From Candidatus Gottesmanbacteria bacterium RIFCSPHIGHO2_01_FULL_40_15 (lineage in GTDB: Bacteria > Patescibacteriota > Microgenomatia > 2-02-FULL-39-11), in assembly GCA_001779115.1 (NCBI GenBank), contig MFJF01000001.1, positions 1 through 48,300 of the forward strand: DNA of 48,300 nt, read 5' to 3'. A program made the translations under genes and the position numbers. Shown piece after piece: positions 9,392 through 16,873 of the stretch. Positions within the stretch are counted from its first letter, which is position 1, and each line of letters begins with the position of its first letter. Below the pieces are notes generated by a model, which had not been told where the DNA came from, did not search any database, and saw nothing but the letters and a program-made list of their open reading frames with translations.

Positions 9392-12040
9392 TTATATCAC
9401 AAAATTAATCAGTTTGCCGGGTACAAAAACAGTCTTTTTAATTTTTTGTCCTTCCAGATATTTACTGACTCTTCCGCTTTTCCTGGCTTCCTTTTCGACT
9501 GTTTGCTGTTTTTTTGCTTCCAAACTGGCTATTTTCAGGCTGTCCCGTAACTTACCGTTAACCTGGATTATTATGACTGTCTTTTCCTCCTTCAGATACT
9601 TCGGATCAAAAGAAGGCCAAGGATGGATATGGATCGAATCCCTCCCCAACGCCAAATTATTCCACAACTCTTCCGTTATGAAGGGGGCAAACGGCGCCAA
9701 TAGTAACAGAAGGTTTTTAATATAAATTAAATCCAGATTTAACATTTGAGATTTGACATTTGATATTTCATTGACATACTCCATGATGTGGGCAATTGCC
9801 GTATTGTATTTAAGCGCGGCAATATCGTCGGTCACTTCCTTAATCGTCTTATGCATGGAACGTGTCAATGTGTCTTGAGCCCGATGATTATCGGAAGAAG
9901 TAACTCTCAATTTATTTGTGCTCGTATTCGCAAGAAATACTTCACTTTGGTTCAGGACCACCTCACTCCCGAGTCGCCAAACACGATTAAGAAAACGGTG
10001 CATCCCGGCAATTCCTGTATCCCGAAAATCTCCTCCCTGGTCAAATGGACCTAAAAACATCAAATATGTACGAAGTGTATCAGCTCCGTATTTGTTGATA
10101 TAGGCGTCGGGAATAACAACATTTCCCCTGGATTTACTCATTTTGGCTCCTTCGGCAATAATAAGTCCGTGGGCATAGAATTGCTCAAATGGTTCCTCAA
10201 AATCCAAATATCCGAAATCCTTTAAAGCCATTGTAATAAACCGGGCATACAAAAGATGCAAGACTGTATGTTCCGCGCCTCCGGTATACTGGTCAACCGG
10301 TAACCATTTTTTGGTAATATCAGGATCCCAGGGTATATTTTTACCGTCGCTTTCTTTGTTAACTGACGGATATCTTAAAAAATACCATGAACTGTCTAAA
10401 AACGTATCACAAACATCGGTTTCCCGCAGTGCCGGTCCTTTGCAATTTGGACATTTTGTTTCTACAAACGATTTGACTTTTGAAAGGGGTCCCTTACCTG
10501 TTCCCTCCGGTTTCCAGTCGGATACATCGGGAAGTTCAACAGGCAAATCTTTCTCAGCAACCGGATACCAACCGCCCTGTGCTGGAGCTGTTGAAGCACA
10601 TTTTTTACAATAAATCATCGGAATCGGCGCTCCCCAATATCTTTGTCTTGATATGCACCAGTCTCGTAAACGGTACGTAGTCACCCTCTTGCCCCACCCC
10701 TTCTCTTCTAAATAATCCATAATTTTTTCTGTCGCTTCATGAATATCCATCCCGTTTAAAAATTCCGAATTGACCATTGTTCCTTCTTCTTCCTGAACCT
10801 GTTCTTCACGGGTAATTTCCGATTTGTCTCCGTTTTTCCCGACGACAACCCTGATAATCTTCAGTTTAAATTTATTGGCAAACTGAAAATCCCTTGCGTC
10901 ATGCCCCGCAACCCCGACGACCGCTCCGGTGCCGAAATGTCCTAAAACGAAATCGGAAATAAAAATGGGCATTTTATAATCGTTCAGCTGGTTTACCGCG
11001 TAATATCCGGTAAACACTCCTGTTTTCTCTCTCCCCTCGGCAATCCTCTCCATCTCCGACTTCGCTTTAGCCCTTTTGACATATTTCTCAATCTCTGTTA
11101 GCTTTGAGCTTTGAGTTTTAAGCTTTGAATTTAGGAGGGTAGCGACGAAATCGTGTTCCGGAGCAACAACAACGAAAGTCGCACCGAAATTAGTATCCGG
11201 TCTGGTTGTAAAACAGGTAATTTTCTCTTTGGTTGGTCCGGTATCTGAAAGGATAGGATAAGTAATATTTATTCCTTCTTTTCTGCCGATCCAGTTTCTT
11301 TGGCCTACTTTTACTTTCCCGCTCCATTTGAATGACTCCTTAAAAGTATTTTGGTACAATTTCTCGCCGTAGGCTGTTATTTTGAAAAACCATTGCTCCA
11401 TCTCCCTTTTCTCAACCAAAGATTTACACCGCTCGCAGTGTCCGTCTATCACCTGCTCATCGGAAAGAACTGTCTTGCATGATGGGCAGAAATTAACCAG
11501 CGATTTTTTCCTGTATGCCAATCCGTGTTTAAACATCTGGATAAAAATCCATTGAGTCCGTTTGTAATAATTAGGATCATAAGTTTCCAGTGTATTTTCC
11601 CAGGCGAACCCGTTACCCGTAGCATGCAATTGCCGGTAAAAGTTTTTCTCACTGACAATAGCCTGCTCCTTTGGGTGCCTGCCGACCTTTAAGGCATAAT
11701 TTTCACTGTGGATCCCGAAGCCGTCCAGCCCGATCGGTTCAAAAACTTCAAAACCCTGCATTCTTTTGAAACGGCCGTAAATATCGGCACCCGTAAACGC
11801 GTAAACGTTACCCACATGAAGGCCTTCAGCCGAAGGATACGGAAACATCATCAGGTTATAAAAAGGTTTACGGGCGCGTTTTAAATCCGGCTGGTAAATT
11901 CTGACCTTCTCCCAATAGTGTTGCCATTTACCTTCAAATGACGTTGGATTAAAAGCCTGTTTACCCCGTGAATGCTTTAGCCTTTTACGGGGCCATTTTT
12001 TTTCAAACCCGGTCGGATTATATTTAATTTCTTTATCCAT
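9392..12040 (-). CDS. leuS: Leucine--tRNA ligase
   Basis: MFPYPSAEGLHVGN (HIGH motif), CPSC/CERC zinc motifs, FTTRPDT editing domain, RDWCISRQRYWG, DTFLDSSWYFLRY, KMSKS, IQVNGKLRD, VPGKLINFV. Confidence 0.98.
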   Translation of the reverse strand: MDKEIKYNPTGFEKKWPRKRLKHSRGKQAFNPTSFEGKWQHYWEKVRIYQPDLKRARKPFYNLMMFPYPSAEGLHVGNVYAFTGADIYGRFKRMQGFEVFEPIGLDGFGIHSENYALKVGRHPKEQAIVSEKNFYRQLHATGNGFAWENTLETYDPNYYKRTQWIFIQMFKHGLAYRKKSLVNFCPSCKTVLSDEQVIDGHCERCKSLVEKREMEQWFFKITAYGEKLYQNTFKESFKWSGKVKVGQRNWIGRKEGINITYPILSDTGPTKEKITCFTTRPDTNFGATFVVVAPEHDFVATLLNSKLKTQSSKLTEIEKYVKRAKAKSEMERIAEGREKTGVFTGYYAVNQLNDYKMPIFISDFVLGHFGTGAVVGVAGHDARDFQFANKFKLKIIRVVVGKNGDKSEITREEQVQEEEGTMVNSEFLNGMDIHEATEKIMDYLEEKGWGKRVTTYRLRDWCISRQRYWGAPIPMIYCKKCASTAPAQGGWYPVAEKDLPVELPDVSDWKPEGTGKGPLSKVKSFVETKCPNCKGPALRETDVCDTFLDSSWYFLRYPSVNKESDGKNIPWDPDITKKWLPVDQYTGGAEHTVLHLLYARFITMALKDFGYLDFEEPFEQFYAHGLIIAEGAKMSKSRGNVVIPDAYINKYGADTLRTYLMFLGPFDQGGDFRDTGIAGMHRFLNRVWRLGSEVVLNQSEVFLANTSTNKLRVTSSDNHRAQDTLTRSMHKTIKEVTDDIAALKYNTAIAHIMEYVNEISNVKSQMLNLDLIYIKNLLLLLAPFAPFITEELWNNLALGRDSIHIHPWPSFDPKYLKEEKTVIIIQVNGKLRDSLKIASLEAKKQQTVEKEARKSGRVSKYLEGQKIKKTVFVPGKLINFVI
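9738..9765. repeat. Degenerate 7-bp tandem repeat x4 inside leuS
   Basis: TTTAACA TTTGAGA TTTGACA TTTGATA; encodes ISNVKSQMLN on the minus strand. Confidence 0.75.
9872..9958. repeat. Imperfect palindromic element inside leuS
   Basis: GTCTTGAGCC (9872-9881) pairs with GGTTCAGGAC (9949-9958); inner GAAGTA/TACTTC pair. Corresponds to the atypical segment VLNQSEVFLANTSTNKLRVTSSDNHRAQD. Confidence 0.55.
11103..11130. repeat. Degenerate 7-bp tandem repeat x4 inside leuS
   Basis: TTTGAGC TTTGAGT TTTAAGC TTTGAAT; encodes NSKLKTQSSK. Confidence 0.75.
11923..12022. repeat. N-terminal duplication in leuS (69-bp period) flanking a GC hairpin
   Basis: YNPTGFEKKW and FNPTSFEGKW are separated by CCCCGTGAA-N11-TTTACGGGG (11964-11992). 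Confidence 0.65.
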
Positions 12041-12055
12041 ATATCTCTATCATAC

Positions 12056-12082
12056 AAAAAAATCCTCTCTTGGCGAGAGGAT
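12056..12082 (-). terminator. Intrinsic terminator (attenuator) in the leuS leader
   Basis: Minus strand ATCCTCTC-GCCAA-GAGAGGAT followed by TTTTTT, ending 15 nt before the leuS ATG. Confidence 0.85.
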
Positions 12083-12111
12083 AATATTTTTCCCACGCTC
12101 CTTCCTCGCCT

Positions 12112-12213
12112 TTAAGCGATTTCCGGAAGGGTAAGTGAAGACTTAAAAGTCTGAAATCCCATATCGGCCCGATTTAATCGGGACTGGTATTGGGATGATA
12201 ATAATCTTTTCAT
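12112..12213 (-). CDS. Putative leuS leader (attenuator) peptide, 33 aa: MKRLLSSQYQSRLNRADMGFQTFKSSLTLPEIA
   Basis: ATG at 12213, TAA at 12114-12112, 5 Leu codons (TTA TTA ... TTA ... CTT ACC CTT). Lies between a promoter and the terminator. Not in the ORF track. Confidence 0.65.
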   Translation of the reverse strand: MKRLLSSQYQSRLNRADMGFQTFKSSLTLPEIA

Positions 12214-12221
12214 TTTGATCT

Positions 12222-12251
12222 ATTTTATATCCTCTGCAAGGAAAAAATCAA
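12222..12251 (-). promoter_or_regulatory. Promoter TTGATT-N18-TAAAAT for the leuS leader
   Basis: Minus strand: TTGATT at 12251-12246 and TAAAAT at 12227-12222, 8 nt before the leader ATG. Confidence 0.55.
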
Positions 12252-12360
12252 ATAATTATTTTTTAACCGAATAAAAATATTTTAAAACCGCTTCCCTGTC
12301 AGTAAAGCTCACCAATGTCAAGATTAAAATGCAGCACCTGCTATGTTATACTGACTTCCG

Positions 12361-12921
12361 ATGTTCACAAAAACCGCCAAACACTCAATAATGCTTGTTA
12401 TCGCTCTTTTATTGACTTATTTTTGGATAAATCACGCTATTTTATCAAATTTTTCCCTCCAGTTAACCGCTTTCCTGATAATCTTCCTCATTTTGGCACA
12501 CCGTTTACTAAAAACACAAAATTTTCTCTTAACCGAATCGGTTATCTCAGGGATTAGCGTTGTTCTTATTACCGCTTCAACAGGCGGTCTTGCCAGCCCT
12601 TTTTTCTTTCTCAATCATTTCCTCCTCTTTGAGCTTTCACTCCTCTTGGAACCCTCAATTGTTATTACTTTAACACTATCACTAATGACCCTTTATATAT
12701 TCAGTCATCGTGTTGCGCCTTCATTTCATGACTTAACTCTTCTTCTCTCGTTTTTATTCATGACACCTATAGCCTATTTTACAGGTAATATTTATAACAG
12801 AATCAAAAACCAGAAAAAAGAAATAAAAGTTCTTTCGGAAAAAATTGAAAATCTGGAAGAAGAGCTGACTCACGAAGAATTGGAGCGCCTCCGCCGGGAA
12901 CATTTTGCTCTGCCTGCCTGA
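12361..12921 (+). CDS. ~5-TM membrane protein with C-terminal coiled coil (resembles a sensor-kinase membrane domain without the kinase)
   Basis: TM helices, STGGLASPFFFL motif and a charged coiled-coil tail; TGtTATACT (12344-12352) lies 8 nt upstream. Confidence 0.75.
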   Translation: MFTKTAKHSIMLVIALLLTYFWINHAILSNFSLQLTAFLIIFLILAHRLLKTQNFLLTESVISGISVVLITASTGGLASPFFFLNHFLLFELSLLLEPSIVITLTLSLMTLYIFSHRVAPSFHDLTLLLSFLFMTPIAYFTGNIYNRIKNQKKEIKVLSEKIENLEEELTHEELERLRREHFALPA

Positions 12922-12938
12922 AATTTCCGGTTTCTCCT

Positions 12939-12962
12939 AAAAAGAGACTGCTGTAACAGTCT
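12939..12962 (-). terminator. Possible minus-strand intrinsic terminator
   Basis: Minus strand AGACTG-TTACAG-CAGTCT-C-TTTTT. Confidence 0.4.
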
Positions 12963-13119
12963 AAACCGTTAATTACTTCACTGAATTAGCAGTCAAAAAT
13001 CTAATCTGCCAACCTACCGCCTTCGCGTTATTACAATAAGATAATCTGTTTTCGAAGAAAGAATTTTTCTGATATGTCTTATAGACTTTTTACGGGTTCT
13101 GTTTTAGTCTGAAAATAGA

Positions 13120-13851
13120 ATGATCTTTAATCTCTTATTTTTGACTTTTTCACTGTTGTCCTTTTATTTGGGCTCTCCTCCGGTAATGGCCCAGGATATG
13201 AACTCAGAAAATTATATTTTGCAGGGAGGAAACTTCAATATTGCCGGAGGCAATAAATCCTCTTCGGGATACCGCCTTATCGATCTTGTTGGACAAACAT
13301 CTGCCCAGGTTTTTTCCTCAAAAGGATACCTTATCCAATCGGGATTTAACAACCGTGCGGCTGGTTCCTCCCTGATTTTTTCCATATCACCCCTCGGAGT
13401 TAACTTCCCTGGTCTGGTACCCAATTTGCCGCAAACTCGGGATCTTCTGATAACTGTAAAAAGTGGCAATTTCCCCGGATTTGCTGTTTATTTGGCTGAA
13501 GATAAACAGCTGTCATCGGAAACTAACGCCGTAATTCCCGATACTGTCTGTAATGCCGCCAAAGATGCTCCCTGCAATAAAGACTCAGCCGGTCTCTGGA
13601 ATTTATCGGATTCATACGGATTTGGTTATCAGTTGGAAGGAAAAAAGATACCTGAAGATTTTAAAAAACCAGGCTTTTTTCGTCCTTTCGCCTCACTTAA
13701 TAAAAATGAGCTTGCTTCCCTTATTATGGAAACAGCAGAACAAAATTCAGAGCAAAATGCCAGAATGATACTGAAAATTAATGTCTCCCGCACACAGCCG
13801 GTGGGTATCTACAGTAATAATTTAAATTTTACAGCCCTGCCGGGTATTTAA
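13120..13851 (+). CDS. Secreted WxL-like surface protein
   Basis: Signal peptide (..PVMAQ), MNSENYILQGGNFN N-domain, a Cys pair, YGFGY, and C-terminal PVGIYSNNLNFTA resembling the WxL terminal strand. Confidence 0.6.
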   Translation: MIFNLLFLTFSLLSFYLGSPPVMAQDMNSENYILQGGNFNIAGGNKSSSGYRLIDLVGQTSAQVFSSKGYLIQSGFNNRAAGSSLIFSISPLGVNFPGLVPNLPQTRDLLITVKSGNFPGFAVYLAEDKQLSSETNAVIPDTVCNAAKDAPCNKDSAGLWNLSDSYGFGYQLEGKKIPEDFKKPGFFRPFASLNKNELASLIMETAEQNSEQNARMILKINVSRTQPVGIYSNNLNFTALPGI

Positions 13852-13854
13852 TCG

Positions 13855-15843
13855 ATGCTGAAACATCTTTTTTATTGCCTCTTATTGCAATTATTTCTGA
13901 TTATTCTCTTTTCAGTTTTCCCCCGTGTCAGGTCTGAAGTATCAGCTCAGTCACTTTCATTAACTGTAGAACCTCCGGTTACGGAAATTATGATCAAACC
14001 GGGACGCTTCGTCAGTCAAAAATATACTCTGAAAAACCAGGGTGAAGACACACTGATGAGTGTTGTCCTGTCGGGATTTAATGAGAATGGCCTGGCTGAT
14101 ATAAATAGCCATGATATGGTTATAGACTGGATAAACCCCGTCTCAGCTAAACTTTCCTCCGATATTACACCTGACACGCGGGATCTGAAAATAATTTCCC
14201 CGGTAGTTTCCCGGGACCTGTCAACCGTTTTGTTGATCGATCCCTTTCTTCTGCCGAAAAACGGTCGTCTGGATCTTATTCTCAATATCAGTCCAGCCAA
14301 ATCAACAAAAGAACAGGATTACTATATGGCACTGGTATTTTCTTCAAATCCGAAATTTCCGGCCCGGGAAAACCGGAGCCAGTTTAATCAATCTCTGGCC
14401 GGTCTTCTATTGGTAACAGTAACTGAATCAGGTTTGAAAAAAATTGTGGAAATTCCGGAATTTAACCTTCCCGTTATTCATGATTCCTTTTCCCCACTGG
14501 AGGTTGACATACAGGTTAAAAACTCCGGTCAGACATATTTCCGCCCCAACGGCAATTTGGTAGTTATAGGACCGGTCGGACAGGCTAAATTCCCTTTAAT
14601 CCCCCGGGTTCATTTAGTCGGCCAAAGCCGTCCGCTCCTTCTGGAAGGCATGAGTGAAAATAAAATATCCGGCTTTTTTCTGGGTAAATATCAGGTTAGG
14701 CTCGATTTCGTCCTTGACGAAGGTAAAATAAAAATAATCCGGGAAAAAACTTTATTTGCCCTGCCTTGGAAATTGGCAACTCTAATCATATCAACTGTTT
14801 TATTAATAACACTAATGAATAAATTGAAATCACGTTATAAATCTTCTGATTTGAAACATTCCAAGAAAGTTCAGACAAAAAAAACCCGCCGGAAACATAC
14901 TTTGTCATTGTTATTGCTGTTGGAGTTGCTGCCGGCGCTTTTCCTGAACTGTCAGCTTTTCTTTCCCCGATCTGTCTTTTCAGCCAATAACCCGTCCTCA
15001 AATATTCCTGTCAAAGCTAAACTGGGTTTTCGCTCCTACGTCAGAATTTACGGTTATACGTCACCATATACTATTGTAAAAGCCGAAGCTCCCAGAACTT
15101 ATGGCACCGCGGTCTCGGATAATAACGGATTTTTCTTTCTTGATAATCTGGCTGTTCCCGATAGGGTTAATGAAATTTGTCTTGAATCATTGGACGCTGA
15201 AAACAGATCCGGTTTCCCGGTTTGCCTGCCTGTACCTCAGGGAAAAATTAAAAAAAATCTCGGACCGGTTTTTCTTCCTCCGACCTTATCTCTTTCTCAT
15301 AATCTGTTTTATGTCGGCCAACAGGCCTTCGCCTCAGGACGAACATTACCGTACCAGACGGTTAAAATTGCTCTATTTGAAGCAAAATCCGATCGGTCCC
15401 GTCTTTCTAATTTTACTATAGGACAAGTCTTTGCTTATAAATTACCGGTTTTAACTACTGTCTCCGATTATGAAGGTAGATTTAACTTTACTCTTCCGAC
15501 GGGAAAAGTTTCCGCATTCCGATTGTATGCTGCGGGAGATTATAAGGATAATCCGATTCCGAAGAGTCAAACTATATACTTCTATATAAATCCACTATCA
15601 CACTTTTATTTTCAACGGCTCTTACCGCTCATTCTTTGGACAATAACATCGGGCGCTATTTGTGTTGCACTTTATTTATATGACAAAAAAACCGGAACAA
15701 TAAGTTCTTTACTCAAAGAAATAAATTATTTTCTGTCTGATTTTATTGATAGGAAATATGCACCGTTTGGGGTAAAACTGCGTTTGAAACGGAAACGTTT
15801 ATGGTATAATCTCCGGGCTTTGCTGAAGTTGCGTCAAAAATAG
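13855..15843 (+). CDS. WxL-interacting (DUF916/DUF3324-like) domains plus TM, fused to a second Ig-like membrane-anchored module
   Basis: LTVEPPVTEIMIKPG..YTLKNQG; QVKNSGQTYFRPNG..GKYQVRL..FALPWK-TM; then an internal signal-like segment and YGYTSP..SDNNGFF..EICL..PVCL..LPPTLSL..C-terminal TM. Confidence 0.6.
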   Translation: MLKHLFYCLLLQLFLIILFSVFPRVRSEVSAQSLSLTVEPPVTEIMIKPGRFVSQKYTLKNQGEDTLMSVVLSGFNENGLADINSHDMVIDWINPVSAKLSSDITPDTRDLKIISPVVSRDLSTVLLIDPFLLPKNGRLDLILNISPAKSTKEQDYYMALVFSSNPKFPARENRSQFNQSLAGLLLVTVTESGLKKIVEIPEFNLPVIHDSFSPLEVDIQVKNSGQTYFRPNGNLVVIGPVGQAKFPLIPRVHLVGQSRPLLLEGMSENKISGFFLGKYQVRLDFVLDEGKIKIIREKTLFALPWKLATLIISTVLLITLMNKLKSRYKSSDLKHSKKVQTKKTRRKHTLSLLLLLELLPALFLNCQLFFPRSVFSANNPSSNIPVKAKLGFRSYVRIYGYTSPYTIVKAEAPRTYGTAVSDNNGFFFLDNLAVPDRVNEICLESLDAENRSGFPVCLPVPQGKIKKNLGPVFLPPTLSLSHNLFYVGQQAFASGRTLPYQTVKIALFEAKSDRSRLSNFTIGQVFAYKLPVLTTVSDYEGRFNFTLPTGKVSAFRLYAAGDYKDNPIPKSQTIYFYINPLSHFYFQRLLPLILWTITSGAICVALYLYDKKTGTISSLLKEINYFLSDFIDRKYAPFGVKLRLKRKRLWYNLRALLKLRQK

Positions 15844-16174
15844 CTTTACCGTATTGGTCGGTCATCTGTTGTACCGGGTCGATTTCAATCTCATCAGGAG
15901 CTATTATCAACGTTTTCTGCCCTGAAACGCCCAGTCCCTGACTGTCCAACAGAAATACTGTAATGCGGATGGCAGTTTCTCCGTCAGCTAATGCGGAAAT
16001 TGGCGAAGCAAAAATATAAGAATTGTCCTTTGAAAAAATACTGCTGTATCTTGTTCCTGACCCGGTTGCCCTTCCTGAAGTAGACAATCTGTCGCGGGTA
16101 ATTGAAATTGCGGTAATTATTATAATGAGCGACAAAACTATACCGGCTATAATATAAGGTTTAAGGAGTTTCAT
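15743..16174 (-). CDS. Membrane-anchored bacterial Ig-like (Big_1/invasin-type) domain protein
   Basis: ALADGETAIRITVFLLDSQGLGVSGQ...TDQYGKAIF..TS.KPGDYTINVSV. Start moved to ATG 16174, which follows TTGACT-N18-CAGAAT. Convergent 101-bp overlap with the previous gene. Confidence 0.8.
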   Translation of the reverse strand: MKLLKPYIIAGIVLSLIIIITAISITRDRLSTSGRATGSGTRYSSIFSKDNSYIFASPISALADGETAIRITVFLLDSQGLGVSGQKTLIIAPDEIEIDPVQQMTDQYGKAIFDATSAKPGDYTINVSVSNAVLPQTVHISYQ

Positions 16175-16491
16175 AATCTTATTCTGGCAGATAAGGAATA
16201 TGGTAGTCAAGTTTTGATCAGGCTGATGCTTAATATACAAAATGTCCTATAATAATAAGCCTAAAGAAGAATGATACTGTATTATATAATTTGGATCATA
16301 ATACAATGTTTTATACTTGCCCGAGCGTAAGAAGGAGAAATTATATTCTTTTGTAATAAAGAAAGTCTTCAAAGAACAAAAAAGATTGTCCTAATAACCC
16401 AAAATCAGTGTACCCTTTTTTTAGCAGTTATGATCGTCTATTTGCTAATATAAATATTAATCTATCTTCAAAAATTATTTTAAATATTACC

Positions 16492-16559
16492 GAAAAATCA
16501 CCAAAAATAACTATTAGCTGCTGTTAGACCTATAGTACATGGATTTTTGGCGATATTTC
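16492..16559. repeat. 17-bp imperfect inverted repeat with a 34-bp spacer
   Basis: GAAAAATCACCAAAAAT (16492-16508) versus ATTTTTGGCGATATTTC (16543-16559), 15/17 complementary. Confidence 0.65.
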
Positions 16560-16812
16560 TTTTGGTTTTTAATTATTAATTATTACTGTCCCATAATACT
16601 ATATTATATATATAGATATATTTAAGATTATTTAATCTATGGGGTATCCTCGATTTTTTCCGCAAAAATTAAAAATTTCTGTTTTGCTTGAAAAAAATAA
16701 CAGATCATACTATATCATTAATCGGAAAATCAAACAATGGAATATCTGATATCAAAAGATATATTAAGCATGCGTATAAATAAATGCGGGAATTCGTGAA
16801 ATGTGTCAGTCC

Positions 16813-16848
16813 CCCACATATCTTCCTCATTCTCCCATATCTTCCTAC
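16813..16848. promoter_or_regulatory. Direct-repeat operator-like array (MraZ-box-like)
   Basis: CATATCTTCCT occurs twice (16817, 16836). Pentamers CCCAC/TCCTC/CCCAT/CCTAC occur at 10-11-bp spacing, i.e. GTGGG-like boxes on the minus strand. Confidence 0.4.
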
Positions 16849-16873
16849 TATACATTAAATAGGTCAATTCCTA

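Noticed and set aside
12056-12213. T-box riboswitch for leuS
   Set aside because: No GGTGGNACC T-box motif or recognisable stem I; a leader-peptide model fits the pairings better.
12921-13119. c-di-GMP-I or other known riboswitch upstream of the surface cluster
   Set aside because: The GGCAAA/GAAA/ACGCAAA consensus elements could not be matched on either strand.
16175-16240. N-terminal extension of the Big_1 ORF (track start 16240)
   Set aside because: A promoter-like TTGACT-N18-CAGAAT lies inside this stretch, and ATG 16174 gives a normal signal-anchor.
16586-16614. The canonical chromosomal dif site or replication terminus
   Set aside because: The right arm lacks TTATGTtAA and the core is 7 bp. 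By eye the plus strand stays C-rich on both sides, so there is no evident GC-skew switch (not computed). Kept only as a dif-like motif.
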